Shown piece by piece: positions 27,387-38,383 of a stretch of 64,000 nt of DNA. Location of the stretch: contig CAVQDC010000029.1 in NCBI GenBank assembly GCA_963711175.1, positions 8-64,007 of the forward strand, in the 5' to 3' direction. Every line of letters starts with the position of its first letter. Position 1 is the first letter of the stretch. Source of the stretch: an uncultured Actinomycetota bacterium. GTDB lineage: Bacteria; Actinomycetota; Actinomycetes; Propionibacteriales; Nocardioidaceae. The position numbers and the translations under genes were made by a program. Below the pieces are notes generated by a model, which saw only the letters and a list, made by a program, of their open reading frames with translations, did not search any database and had not been told where the DNA came from.

Positions 27387-28496
27387 ATGGCCCGCCCCTG
27401 GCGTCGCACCGTCGCCCTCGTGGCTCTCCTGCCCGTGCTCGCCGCGTGCTCCGGTGGAGCACGGGACGCAGCACCCACTTCATCAGCGACCCCGTCGAGC
27501 ACCGAGGGCCCGGAGGCGAACGAGGAACCGGCGGAGGAACCCAGCGCCGAGCCCACGGACGAACCCGAGGCCGAGGCCCCGCCCGCGAACCCGATCTCGA
27601 TGGCCGCCCTCGCTGCGGCCGACCTCACCGGCGGCGACCTCCGGCTCGGCGCAGTCCGCGAGCGCACCAGTGCGTACACGTCGTACGACGTCACGTTCCG
27701 CTCGACGACGGCGGGCAGGGGCACACCGCCGCTGCGGATCAGTGGGGTGCTCAACGTGCCGACCGGGCGCGGGCCGCTGGGTGGTCATGGATGGCCGGCG
27801 GTGGTGCTGGCGCACGGCTACATCGACCCGGCCTACTACGTCCGTGGTCAGGGCATGACCCGCGAACGCGGTTTCCTGGCCCAGCGCGGGTTCGTCGCGC
27901 TGCACGTCGACTACCGCAACCACGCCGAGTCGACCGATGACCCGCGCATCGAGACGGCCGTCCGGCTCGGCTACGCCGCCGACGCGATCGCGGCCGTGCA
28001 CGCACTGCGTGACTCGGCGGACGTCCGCGTCGACCCCGACCGGATCGCGCTGTTCGGCCGGTCGATGGGCGGCGGCGTGATGCTCAAGGCGCTCGTCGCC
28101 GAGCCCGACCTGTTCGCCGCCGGCGTCGGGTGGGCGTCGGTCTCCAGCCTGGAGGGGCAGAACTTCGACCACTTCCAGCGGCCCGACGCATCCGTCGCAC
28201 AGCTGCGCGCTGCCTTCCGCGGACGCCACGGACTGCCCGACGACGATCCCGCCTTCTGGCGAGGCGTCTCGCCGCGACCCGACTTCGACCGGGTCACCGC
28301 ACCGGTCCTGCTGGTGCACGGACGGTTCGACGACACCTGCCCGCCTCCGTGGGCGCGGACGACCCAGCGCGCGCTGAGGGCGGCGGGAGTCGACTCGACG
28401 CTCGAGTGGTACGACGACGGGCACGCCTTCGGACCGGCGTTCGTGGCGGCCATGGACCGGACGGTGCGCTTCCTCCGCACGAAGATGCCCGCCTGA
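27387..28496 (+). CDS. Lipoprotein alpha/beta hydrolase (S9-like)
   Basis: Lipobox LAAC, acidic Pro linker, GRSMGG, HG..DDTCP and DGHAF. Confidence 0.85.
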   Translation: MARPWRRTVALVALLPVLAACSGGARDAAPTSSATPSSTEGPEANEEPAEEPSAEPTDEPEAEAPPANPISMAALAAADLTGGDLRLGAVRERTSAYTSYDVTFRSTTAGRGTPPLRISGVLNVPTGRGPLGGHGWPAVVLAHGYIDPAYYVRGQGMTRERGFLAQRGFVALHVDYRNHAESTDDPRIETAVRLGYAADAIAAVHALRDSADVRVDPDRIALFGRSMGGGVMLKALVAEPDLFAAGVGWASVSSLEGQNFDHFQRPDASVAQLRAAFRGRHGLPDDDPAFWRGVSPRPDFDRVTAPVLLVHGRFDDTCPPPWARTTQRALRAAGVDSTLEWYDDGHAFGPAFVAAMDRTVRFLRTKMPA

Positions 28497-28513
28497 CCAC
28501 TCGTGCTGACCGG

Positions 28514-29932
28514 TCAGTCGGTGGCCGCGGCCTCGAGCTGTTGCGGAGGCGCGGAGGCGTACGACGCCGAGAGCCGGCGGTAGGGCGCGGACGCGAGGGC
28601 GACCAGCACCGCGACGAACATGATCGCGCCGGCACCGAGGAAGACCAGTGCGATGCCGCGTGCCTCGCCGCTGCCGACGAGCCAGCCCCACGTCGACCGG
28701 CCGTCGGGCGTCGCCATGTAGGGGATCAGCCAGAACTCGGCGATCGGGCCGATCATGAAGGCCGAGATCGGGCTCGCCGCCACCTCGACGCTCTGCGCGA
28801 AGCCGAAGACGCGTCCCTGGGTGCGGAACGGCACCACGCGCTGGAGGATCGTCTGCTCGGCAGACTCCGCGGCCGGGATCACCGCCATGAAGGCGAAGAT
28901 GCCGACGACGTAGAGCCAGGCCGACTCGCGCAACGTGAACGTCATCCCGATCACCGCGATGCCGAGGTTGACCAGCAGCAGGGTGCGGACGGGATTGCGG
29001 CCGAGGCCGAACCTGGCGACCAGCCCACCGCCGACCACGAAGCCCAGACCGGTGACGCCGAGCACGATGCCCCATGCCTCGACGCTGAACAGCGTCAGGC
29101 CGTAGGGGTCCATCAGGGCGATGTAGACGCCGCTGACCAGGTTGTTGAACGTCGAGAAGAGGATCAGCGCCACCAGTCCCGGCACTGTCCTGATGGCGGC
29201 GACCGCGCCCCGCACGTCGAAGCGGGATCCACCGTCCTCGGGCTCGGGGTCCAGCTCGGGGATCGTGACCGGGACCAGGTGGAGCAGTGATGCGCCGGTC
29301 AGCGCGATCGCGATGGCGAGCGTCCAGCCCATGCCGAGCAGGCCGACGCTCAGGCCGCTGAACACGCTCGTGATCATGAACGCGATGCCCTGGACCGTGC
29401 CGACCAGGCCGTTGGCCTTGTCGCGACCGTCCTCGGGGACGAGGAGCGTCACGGTGGTCGAGAGCGCGATGTTGCGCATGCTCTCCACCACGCTGCCGGC
29501 CAGGATCACCGCGGTGAACAGCCAGAACCACGGGCTCTCCCACTGGGACAGCCGGCCCTCGCCGAGGAGCAGCCACAGGCCGCCGGACGCCGCATAGGTC
29601 ACCAGCGTGACCACCGACGAGGCCACCATGACCTGCTTCTTGCGGTGGCGGTCCACGAGCGTGCCGAAGTAGGTGCCGAACAGGGCGGTGAAGAGCATGA
29701 AGCCGCCGCCGATGATGGCCGTGGCCATCACCGAGCGCGTCTCGAGGTAGGCCCAGAAGGTCAGCGCGAACCACAGGAAGCTCGACGTCACGTTGGCCAC
29801 CAGCGTGTTGGCCAGCACGGCCCTGAACGCGCGCAGCGTCTCCGGCCCCCGCGTCACGCCCGGCGGGAGGTGCGCCTCCACCTGGGGCGCGGCGGGGTCC
29901 GCCGGCACCGGGTCGAGATCGTCCATCGGCAT
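28514..29932 (-). CDS. MFS transporter (DHA3-like)
   Basis: About 12 TM segments; GTLVDRHRKK, RDKANGL and QGRVFG. Confidence 0.9.
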   Translation of the reverse strand: MPMDDLDPVPADPAAPQVEAHLPPGVTRGPETLRAFRAVLANTLVANVTSSFLWFALTFWAYLETRSVMATAIIGGGFMLFTALFGTYFGTLVDRHRKKQVMVASSVVTLVTYAASGGLWLLLGEGRLSQWESPWFWLFTAVILAGSVVESMRNIALSTTVTLLVPEDGRDKANGLVGTVQGIAFMITSVFSGLSVGLLGMGWTLAIAIALTGASLLHLVPVTIPELDPEPEDGGSRFDVRGAVAAIRTVPGLVALILFSTFNNLVSGVYIALMDPYGLTLFSVEAWGIVLGVTGLGFVVGGGLVARFGLGRNPVRTLLLVNLGIAVIGMTFTLRESAWLYVVGIFAFMAVIPAAESAEQTILQRVVPFRTQGRVFGFAQSVEVAASPISAFMIGPIAEFWLIPYMATPDGRSTWGWLVGSGEARGIALVFLGAGAIMFVAVLVALASAPYRRLSASYASAPPQQLEAAATD

Positions 29933-29938
29933 GGGAGG

Positions 29939-29960
29939 ACCCTAGGTGTCAGGACCGACA
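29939..29960 (-). promoter_or_regulatory. PafBC-type promoter of the MFS gene
   Basis: Exact TGTCGG-N10-TAGGGT, 6 nt before ATG 29932. Confidence 0.6.
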
Positions 29961-29969
29961 CCGCGCCCC

Positions 29970-30917
29970 CTACTTTCTGACCGGCGACCCGTCCGCCCAC
30001 ATCGCCGCGATGTGGCGTACGTCGGTGCCGCAGCACCCACCGAGGATCCGCACCGACGGCATCGAGCCCGCCAGCGCCCGCGTACGCGCCGCGAGGTCCG
30101 GCAGGTCGCCCTCGTCGAGCTCCTCGGCCTCGTCGAGCTCGGCGTGGCTGAGCCGGGACGAGTTCACCCGCAGCCCGGCGATGCGCCCGGCCCACGGCGC
30201 CGCGGCATCGAGGCCGAGATCCACGTGGTCGGGATGTGCGCAGTTGACCAGCACGTGTGCGGCACCGGAGTCGGTCGCCGCGTCGAGCTGCCCGATCGCC
30301 TCGCCCAGTGCGGTGCCGTCAGGCAGCCGGCCGTCGGTCTCGACGGTGAAGGAGATCGCCACCGGCAGCCCGACGTCGAGGCCCGCGCGCACGATCCCGA
30401 CCGCCTCGGCGACGGTGGTGAGCGTGTACGCCGTCGCGAGGTCGGCGCCTCCGTCGAGGAAGGCCGCGAGCTGGGGCCGGTGGTAGTCGGCGTAGTGGTC
30501 GGCGTCGAGGTCCCCTGCGAGATAGCCGTCGCCGCGCGGTCCGACGGCCCCGACCACCAGGACCTGCTCCACCCCGTCGGCGACCTCGCCGGCCAGGCTG
30601 CGCAGGTAGGCCACGGCGTCGCGGTTGACCCGGTGCAGCGCCTCGGCGTCGTAGCCGAGCCGTGCGCCCCAGTCAGTGTTCGCGCGCCAGGTCGGCGTCT
30701 CCAGCAGCAGTCCCGCTCCGGCCCGGGCCGCCACGTCGGCGTACCCGCGGTAGTAGTCGTCCAGCGCCGCGCGCCCGTCCTGGTCGTCGAGCAGCGGGAA
30801 CGACGCGAAGTCGGGCAGGTCCAGCCCCCGGTGGAAGATCAGGTCGGTCTCGAGACCGCCGTCGGTCACCCAGCCGTTCACGGCCTCGGGCAGCTGCCAG
30901 GTCCTCGTGATGGACAT
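29970..30917 (-). CDS. Homocysteine S-methyltransferase family protein
   Basis: TDGGLETDL, ETPTWRA, GPRGDGY, VNCAHP and GGCCGT Zn-Cys motifs. Confidence 0.9.
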   Translation of the reverse strand: MSITRTWQLPEAVNGWVTDGGLETDLIFHRGLDLPDFASFPLLDDQDGRAALDDYYRGYADVAARAGAGLLLETPTWRANTDWGARLGYDAEALHRVNRDAVAYLRSLAGEVADGVEQVLVVGAVGPRGDGYLAGDLDADHYADYHRPQLAAFLDGGADLATAYTLTTVAEAVGIVRAGLDVGLPVAISFTVETDGRLPDGTALGEAIGQLDAATDSGAAHVLVNCAHPDHVDLGLDAAAPWAGRIAGLRVNSSRLSHAELDEAEELDEGDLPDLAARTRALAGSMPSVRILGGCCGTDVRHIAAMWADGSPVRK

Positions 30918-31001
30918 CCGACCTCCCCGCCCCGCGCGTGTTCGAGTCTCGCAGTTCTACCAGACCTCCGGGCCCGGCCGCCCTCCTCCGACCGAGGTGG
31001 A

Positions 31002-31704
31002 TCAGACCGGCGTGCGACCGGCCCGGGCAAGCAGCGCAGCGCTCCGCGACCCAGAAGAGCGCCGCGACCACCAGCCCGAAGACCAGGATCAGCGCGAGCG
31101 TGATGGCCACGGAGGCGTAGCCGAGGTCCTCGACGTTGGCGAAGCCGTAGGGGTAGGCGTGCACCACAGCGCCACGGACCAGCATCCAGACGATCCAGGC
31201 CAGTGGGATCACCAGCGCCAGCGGGACCTCGCGGCGGGTGATCCAGCCACGCGGCCCCCAGACCGCCCACACCACGACCGTGAGGATCGGCGTCACCACG
31301 TGCAGGATCGGGTCGGTCAGGCGCGACCAGCCCTCGATCGTCATGCTCGGGGCCAGCAGCACCTGGTAGACGATCGCCGTCACGGTGATCATCAGCAGGC
31401 CCGAGAGTCGCAGGACCCTGAGGGCCACGGTGTCGCGCAGCGGCCGCGCGAGCAGGAGCGTCACGGACACGGCGACCACCACGTTGGACCAGATGGTGAA
31501 GTAGCTCAGCGTGTCGACGACGCGCGCCACGGCACCGGCGCCGCCGACCGCGGTGTCGCCGTACAGTCCGGGCTCGACCGGCTGCCGGACATAGCCGTCC
31601 GCGGCGGACACGACCACCGTCACGACCAGTCCGAACCAGGCGATCCCTGCGTTGACGGCGTACGCCGTGCGGGCGCGCGAGGACGGCTGGTCGGGGGTGC
31701 TCAC
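31002..31704 (-). CDS. Pr6Pr-family membrane protein; +1 frameshift near 31036 removes the natural stop
   Basis: SYFTIWSN, ITVTAIVY, LHVVTP and YPYGF. Removing one base gives ..LLARAGRTPV* ending at 31002. Confidence 0.75.
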
Positions 31705-31724
31705 GGCAGGAGTATGGCGCGGCC

Positions 31725-32324
31725 TCAGCCCGGCGGGAACTCCTGCGCGACCTGCGTCAGCTTGTCGACGTACGCCGCCCAGTCGACGTCGGGCATGTTG
31801 GTCGAGGTGGCGTGGAGCCCGGCGCCGCCGTCGATCCCCTCGCGGAGGATGTCGGCGTGACCCGCGTGGCGGGTCGTGTCGGAGATGACGTGCGTGACGA
31901 TCCGCGCGAGCGACACCTCGCGCCGCTCCTCCGGCCACCACGGCACGGCCCCGAGTGCGTCGAGCGGGAGGTCGGCGATGGTCGCGTCGCTGAAGGCCCA
32001 CACCTGGCGGTAGAAGTCGGCGACCGCCGCGGCGGAGATGTCCGCCGGCACCCACCAGTCCGCCTGCGGGTCGTCGTCGTACGCGGCGTCGTCGACCACC
32101 AGCGGGTGGTCCGGCTCGATCCAGTCGCGGCCGAAGGTCGGCCCGAAGTAGCCGATCTCGACGTTGGCGACGTGCCGGACGATGCCGAGCAGGTTGGTGC
32201 CGGTGGGCGTGCGCGGCAGGCGCAGGTCACGCTCCCCCACGCCCTCGAGCTTCCAGAGCAGCGCGACGCGCGCCTCCTGGAGGTAGTGGTGCAGCGCGGT
32301 CTTCGGGTCGCGGAGGTCGTCCAT
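31725..32324 (-). CDS. DinB/DUF664 family protein
   Basis: LLWKLEG, TPTGTNLLGIVRHVA and RHAGHADILREGIDG. Confidence 0.88.
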   Translation of the reverse strand: MDDLRDPKTALHHYLQEARVALLWKLEGVGERDLRLPRTPTGTNLLGIVRHVANVEIGYFGPTFGRDWIEPDHPLVVDDAAYDDDPQADWWVPADISAAAVADFYRQVWAFSDATIADLPLDALGAVPWWPEERREVSLARIVTHVISDTTRHAGHADILREGIDGGAGLHATSTNMPDVDWAAYVDKLTQVAQEFPPG

Positions 32325-32391
32325 CCGGTGATCATGCCCGGGGAGCCGGACGGTCGGCGACCGCATTGCGAGGAGCCCGTACGGTCGCACC

Positions 32392-32850
32392 GTGAGGTCC
32401 CGCGTGCACGCCATCCACGTCGCCCCCGGCCGTCGGATCCCGACGAAGTCGGTCGAGTCCGTCGACGCCGAGGCCGGCGTCGGTCTGGTGGGCGACCGCT
32501 ACCACGGGAGCAAGCACCGGCACGTGACCGTGCAGGCGCTCGACGACCTCGAGGCAGCGGCCGAGGTGCTCGGCCGGCCCATCGACCCGGGCCTGACCCG
32601 GCGCAACATCACGCTCGACCACGGGCCGGTCCCGACCCGTCCCGGCGAACGTCTCACGATCGGCGACGTCGAGCTCGAGGTGGTGCGGATCGCCGCACCG
32701 TGCCGGCTCCTCGACGACTGGCTCGGCGCGGGCGCGATGCAGGCGCTGCGCTCACCTCGCGGCGGGACGGTGTTCCGGCTGCTGTCGTCGGGGACGATCG
32801 CGATCGGCGACGAGGCGGTCCTGGTGGAGGCACCTGTCACCACGTCATGA
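32392..32850 (+). CDS. MOSC-domain protein
   Basis: GLVGDRY, RHVT, TRRNI, APCRLLD and RGG. Confidence 0.88.
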   Translation: MRSRVHAIHVAPGRRIPTKSVESVDAEAGVGLVGDRYHGSKHRHVTVQALDDLEAAAEVLGRPIDPGLTRRNITLDHGPVPTRPGERLTIGDVELEVVRIAAPCRLLDDWLGAGAMQALRSPRGGTVFRLLSSGTIAIGDEAVLVEAPVTTS

Positions 32851-32898
32851 GGAACGGTCGCTCGGACGGCCAGTCCTCAGGACGTCCCTCGTCACAGG

Positions 32899-32934
32899 CA
32901 GCAGCCCGGACCCCCGCGGGGAGCCGGGCTGCTG
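32899..32934. terminator. Hairpin between convergent MOSC and katG genes
   Basis: CAGCAGCCCGG...CCGGGCTGCTG, perfect 11-bp stem. Confidence 0.65.
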
Positions 32935-32953
32935 GCCGATCGGGCGTACGGCC

Positions 32954-35682
<2,729 letters not shown>

Positions 35683-35691
35683 CGCTTCGCC

Positions 35692-35722
35692 ACCTTGCCG
35701 GGTTTACTTGAACGAGTCAAGT
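35692..35722 (-). promoter_or_regulatory. furA promoter with an overlapping Fur-type inverted repeat
   Basis: ACTTGA-acgag-TCAAGT (35706-35722) over TTGACT-N17-CAAGGT. Confidence 0.65.
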
Positions 35723-35888
35723 TTTTCCGGCGCCGGTCCGGGTATCTAGGGACGAAATGGGTGGTGGAACCCCTCTGCGACCTACCAGAACGTCCCGAGG
35801 TATCCGACGTGTCGGATATCTGAGGACGCCATGGACGGATGCGGGACGAGATCACGTTCACCACGTCCTCCGACATCGGGCGTGGTCG

Positions 35889-36510
35889 TCAGCCGAGACT
35901 TGCCAGGCCGGGGCCGGACAGGTCCGCCCGCGCGGCGGACCGACCGGACACCGCCAGCAGGAGGGACACCAGCGGCCCGGTGACCTCCGGTCCGTCACCG
36001 ATCACTACGTCGGCGTCGGTGGCCCGGAGTCGTACGCCGGCGGCGCGCTCGCGACCGCCACCGATGGACACCTTGGTGCGCACCTGGTGCTCGAGCGCGG
36101 GCAGCACCGCCTCGACGGGGTAGTCGTGCGCCAGTCCCAGCGGACGGCGTACGTCCTCGCCGTGCACGACCTCCTCGACCAGGCGCACGTCGAGCGGCAC
36201 GAACGGCGGGGCCTCGGTGTTGTCGGCGACCTCCCGCAGCCGGCGCAGGGTGTACGCCGGCCCGTCGCCGCGCTCGCGCTGCGGCGTCCTGCTGGTTCAT
36301 CCGGTCGAAGCTCAAGCGCGCCCGCACGATCGCCACGACCAGGCCAGGGACGGAGATCGCGCTCGCGTTGCCGACCAGGTGCGCGGCGACGTCGTGCACG
36401 GTCCAGCCCTCACACAGTGAAGGCGTACGCCACTGCTGGTCGTCGAGGCCTCCGAGATCGGCGATGAGCGCGTGGCGCTCGGCGTGGACGAGCGGCCAGA
36501 CGTCAGCCAC
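35889..36510 (-). pseudogene. Mycothiol-dependent maleylpyruvate-isomerase-like (TIGR03083-type) protein, +1 frameshift near 36281
   Basis: W.TPSLCEGWTVHDVAAHL in one frame; EEVVHGEDVRRPLG..GPEVTGP in another. Length is 3n+1. Confidence 0.75.
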
Positions 36511-37477
36511 TGGCCGTCCCGAGGTCGGCGGCCTCGGTCAGCCAGGCCCAGGCCGTGGCGCGTACGTCCTCGGTCGGCCGCGTGGACGGCAGCAGGCTGG
36601 TCGGACGTTCGACGCGGTCGTGCCAGAACTTCCCGGTGGGCGGGGCGGGATCGACCGCGCACAACCAGACGCTCGTGTCGGCACCCTGGGCGTCGTCGCG
36701 GAGCACCGGACGGGTGATCGCGCGGAACCGCGGGAGCGACTCCTGCACGCCCGGGGTGTCGGCCCAGCCGGGGTGCATGGTGGCGACGGTGATGTCGTCC
36801 GCGCCCCAGCGCTCCGCCAGGAGGGGTGCCATCTCGACCTGCCAGCGCTTGGACCGCGCGTAGGAGGTGGCCGGTGCGTAGTCGCCCTTGGTGTACGCCG
36901 GGTCGTCCGCCCGCAGCGGCTGTCCGTACATCCCGCCGCTGCTCACCTGCACCACGCGGCCGCCGGCGAGGGGACCGCGCAGTGCCTCGGTCATGACGAC
37001 CGGTCCGACGAGGTGCACGGCCATGCTGAGCTCGAGGCCCTGTGGCGACTCGCTCCGCGTCGGCGGCATCGCACCGGCGTTGTGCACGACGGCGTGGAGG
37101 CTCGGCACATCGGCGGCGAAGTCGGAGGCGAAGCGGCGTACGTCGTCGAGGTCGCCCACGTCGCAGCGCCACAGCCGCAGCTCGGCGCCGGGCCGTTCAC
37201 CGCGGATCTCGTCAGCGACCCGCGCGCCCTTGGCCTCGTCGCGCACGAGCATGTGCACCGTGGCGCCGAGGTCGGCGAGTCCCTCGACGGTCGCGATGCC
37301 GAGGCCCGAGCTGGCACCGGTGACGAGGACGTGCCGACCCTCGAGCGAACGCGGAAGCGGATCGGCGGGCCAGCCCGGCAGCGCCCGCCGCACGGCCAGC
37401 CCGATCGTCGTGTAACCGAGGACCAGCGACCGGTCCATCGCGGTGTCGACCGCGCGGGCAAGCAGCGGGCGCCCCAT
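36503..37477 (-). CDS. SDR-family oxidoreductase (DHRS12-like)
   Basis: VTGASSGLG, HNAG, YARSKR and MHPGWADTPG. Confidence 0.9.
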   Translation of the reverse strand: MGRPLLARAVDTAMDRSLVLGYTTIGLAVRRALPGWPADPLPRSLEGRHVLVTGASSGLGIATVEGLADLGATVHMLVRDEAKGARVADEIRGERPGAELRLWRCDVGDLDDVRRFASDFAADVPSLHAVVHNAGAMPPTRSESPQGLELSMAVHLVGPVVMTEALRGPLAGGRVVQVSSGGMYGQPLRADDPAYTKGDYAPATSYARSKRWQVEMAPLLAERWGADDITVATMHPGWADTPGVQESLPRFRAITRPVLRDDAQGADTSVWLCAVDPAPPTGKFWHDRVERPTSLLPSTRPTEDVRATAWAWLTEAADLGTASG

Positions 37478-37478
37478 G

Positions 37479-38348
37479 TCAGCTCGCGTCGAGCCGGGCG
37501 AGCTCGTCGTCGGTCAGCTCGATCTCCGCGGCAGCCGCGGAGTCGGTGATCGACGAGGGCCGCTTGGCGCCGGGGATCGGGATCACGACGGGTGACTGCG
37601 CGAGCTCCCAGGCGAGCGCGACCTGCTGGGCGCTGACGCCACGGTCGGTGGCGATCTCGGCGAAGGCGGGGTGCTTGTCGGCGAGCTCCTTGGCGTCGGA
37701 CAGGCCGCCGAGGGGGCTCCACGGCAGGAACGCCAGGCCGAGCTCCTCGCACACGTCGATCTCGGGCTTGCTGGAGCGGAACTTCGGGCTGAACTGGTTC
37801 TGCACGCTCACCAGGGCGTCGCCGAGCACGGCGTGGGCGGCGCGGATCTGGTCAGGGTCCGCGTTGGAGAGGCCGACGTGGGCGACCTTGCCACTGTCGG
37901 CGATCTCCTTGAGCGTGCCGATCACGTCGTCGTAGGAGACCTTCGGGTCGGGCCGGTGGTGCTGCCACAGGAAGATCTGCTCCACGCCGAGCCGCTCGAG
38001 GCTCGCGTCGACGGCCTCGTGGAGGTGGGTGGCCGAGCTGTCGACCTCCCACTCTCCGCCGTCGGTGCGGACGTGTCCGCCCTTGGTGGCGAGGAGGACG
38101 CGGTCGCGGACGCCGAGCTCGTCGAGGATGGAGGCGATCAGGCGCTCGTTCTCGCCCTGGGCGCCGGCTCCCTTCTCGTCGCCGGGGCCGTAGGCGTCGG
38201 CGGAGTCGAAGAGCGTCACGCCCGCGTCGAGCGCGGCCGTGACGGTGTCGAGGAGCTGCTGGCGGGGCTGCGTGCCGGTCTGGTCGAAGGTCATGAGGCC
38301 GAGCCCGATGGCGCCGACCTGCTGGTTTCCGAGGGTGCGAGTCTGCAT
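37479..38348 (-). CDS. Aldo/keto reductase
   Basis: IGLGLM, DSADAYG, ATKGG, GLSN, SVQNQFS and VIPIPGA. Confidence 0.92.
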   Translation of the reverse strand: MQTRTLGNQQVGAIGLGLMTFDQTGTQPRQQLLDTVTAALDAGVTLFDSADAYGPGDEKGAGAQGENERLIASILDELGVRDRVLLATKGGHVRTDGGEWEVDSSATHLHEAVDASLERLGVEQIFLWQHHRPDPKVSYDDVIGTLKEIADSGKVAHVGLSNADPDQIRAAHAVLGDALVSVQNQFSPKFRSSKPEIDVCEELGLAFLPWSPLGGLSDAKELADKHPAFAEIATDRGVSAQQVALAWELAQSPVVIPIPGAKRPSSITDSAAAAEIELTDDELARLDAS

Positions 38349-38383
38349 GCACGACCCTAGTCAGGGCGACGAAGTCGCCCCGC

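Noticed and set aside
30935-30955. GTTCGAGTCTCGC T-loop-like motif, or a SAM riboswitch ahead of the homocysteine methyltransferase gene
   Set aside because: The stem has a mismatch and lies on the opposite strand, with no other tRNA arms. I could not find SAM-I or SAM-IV core sequences in the 84-bp spacer.
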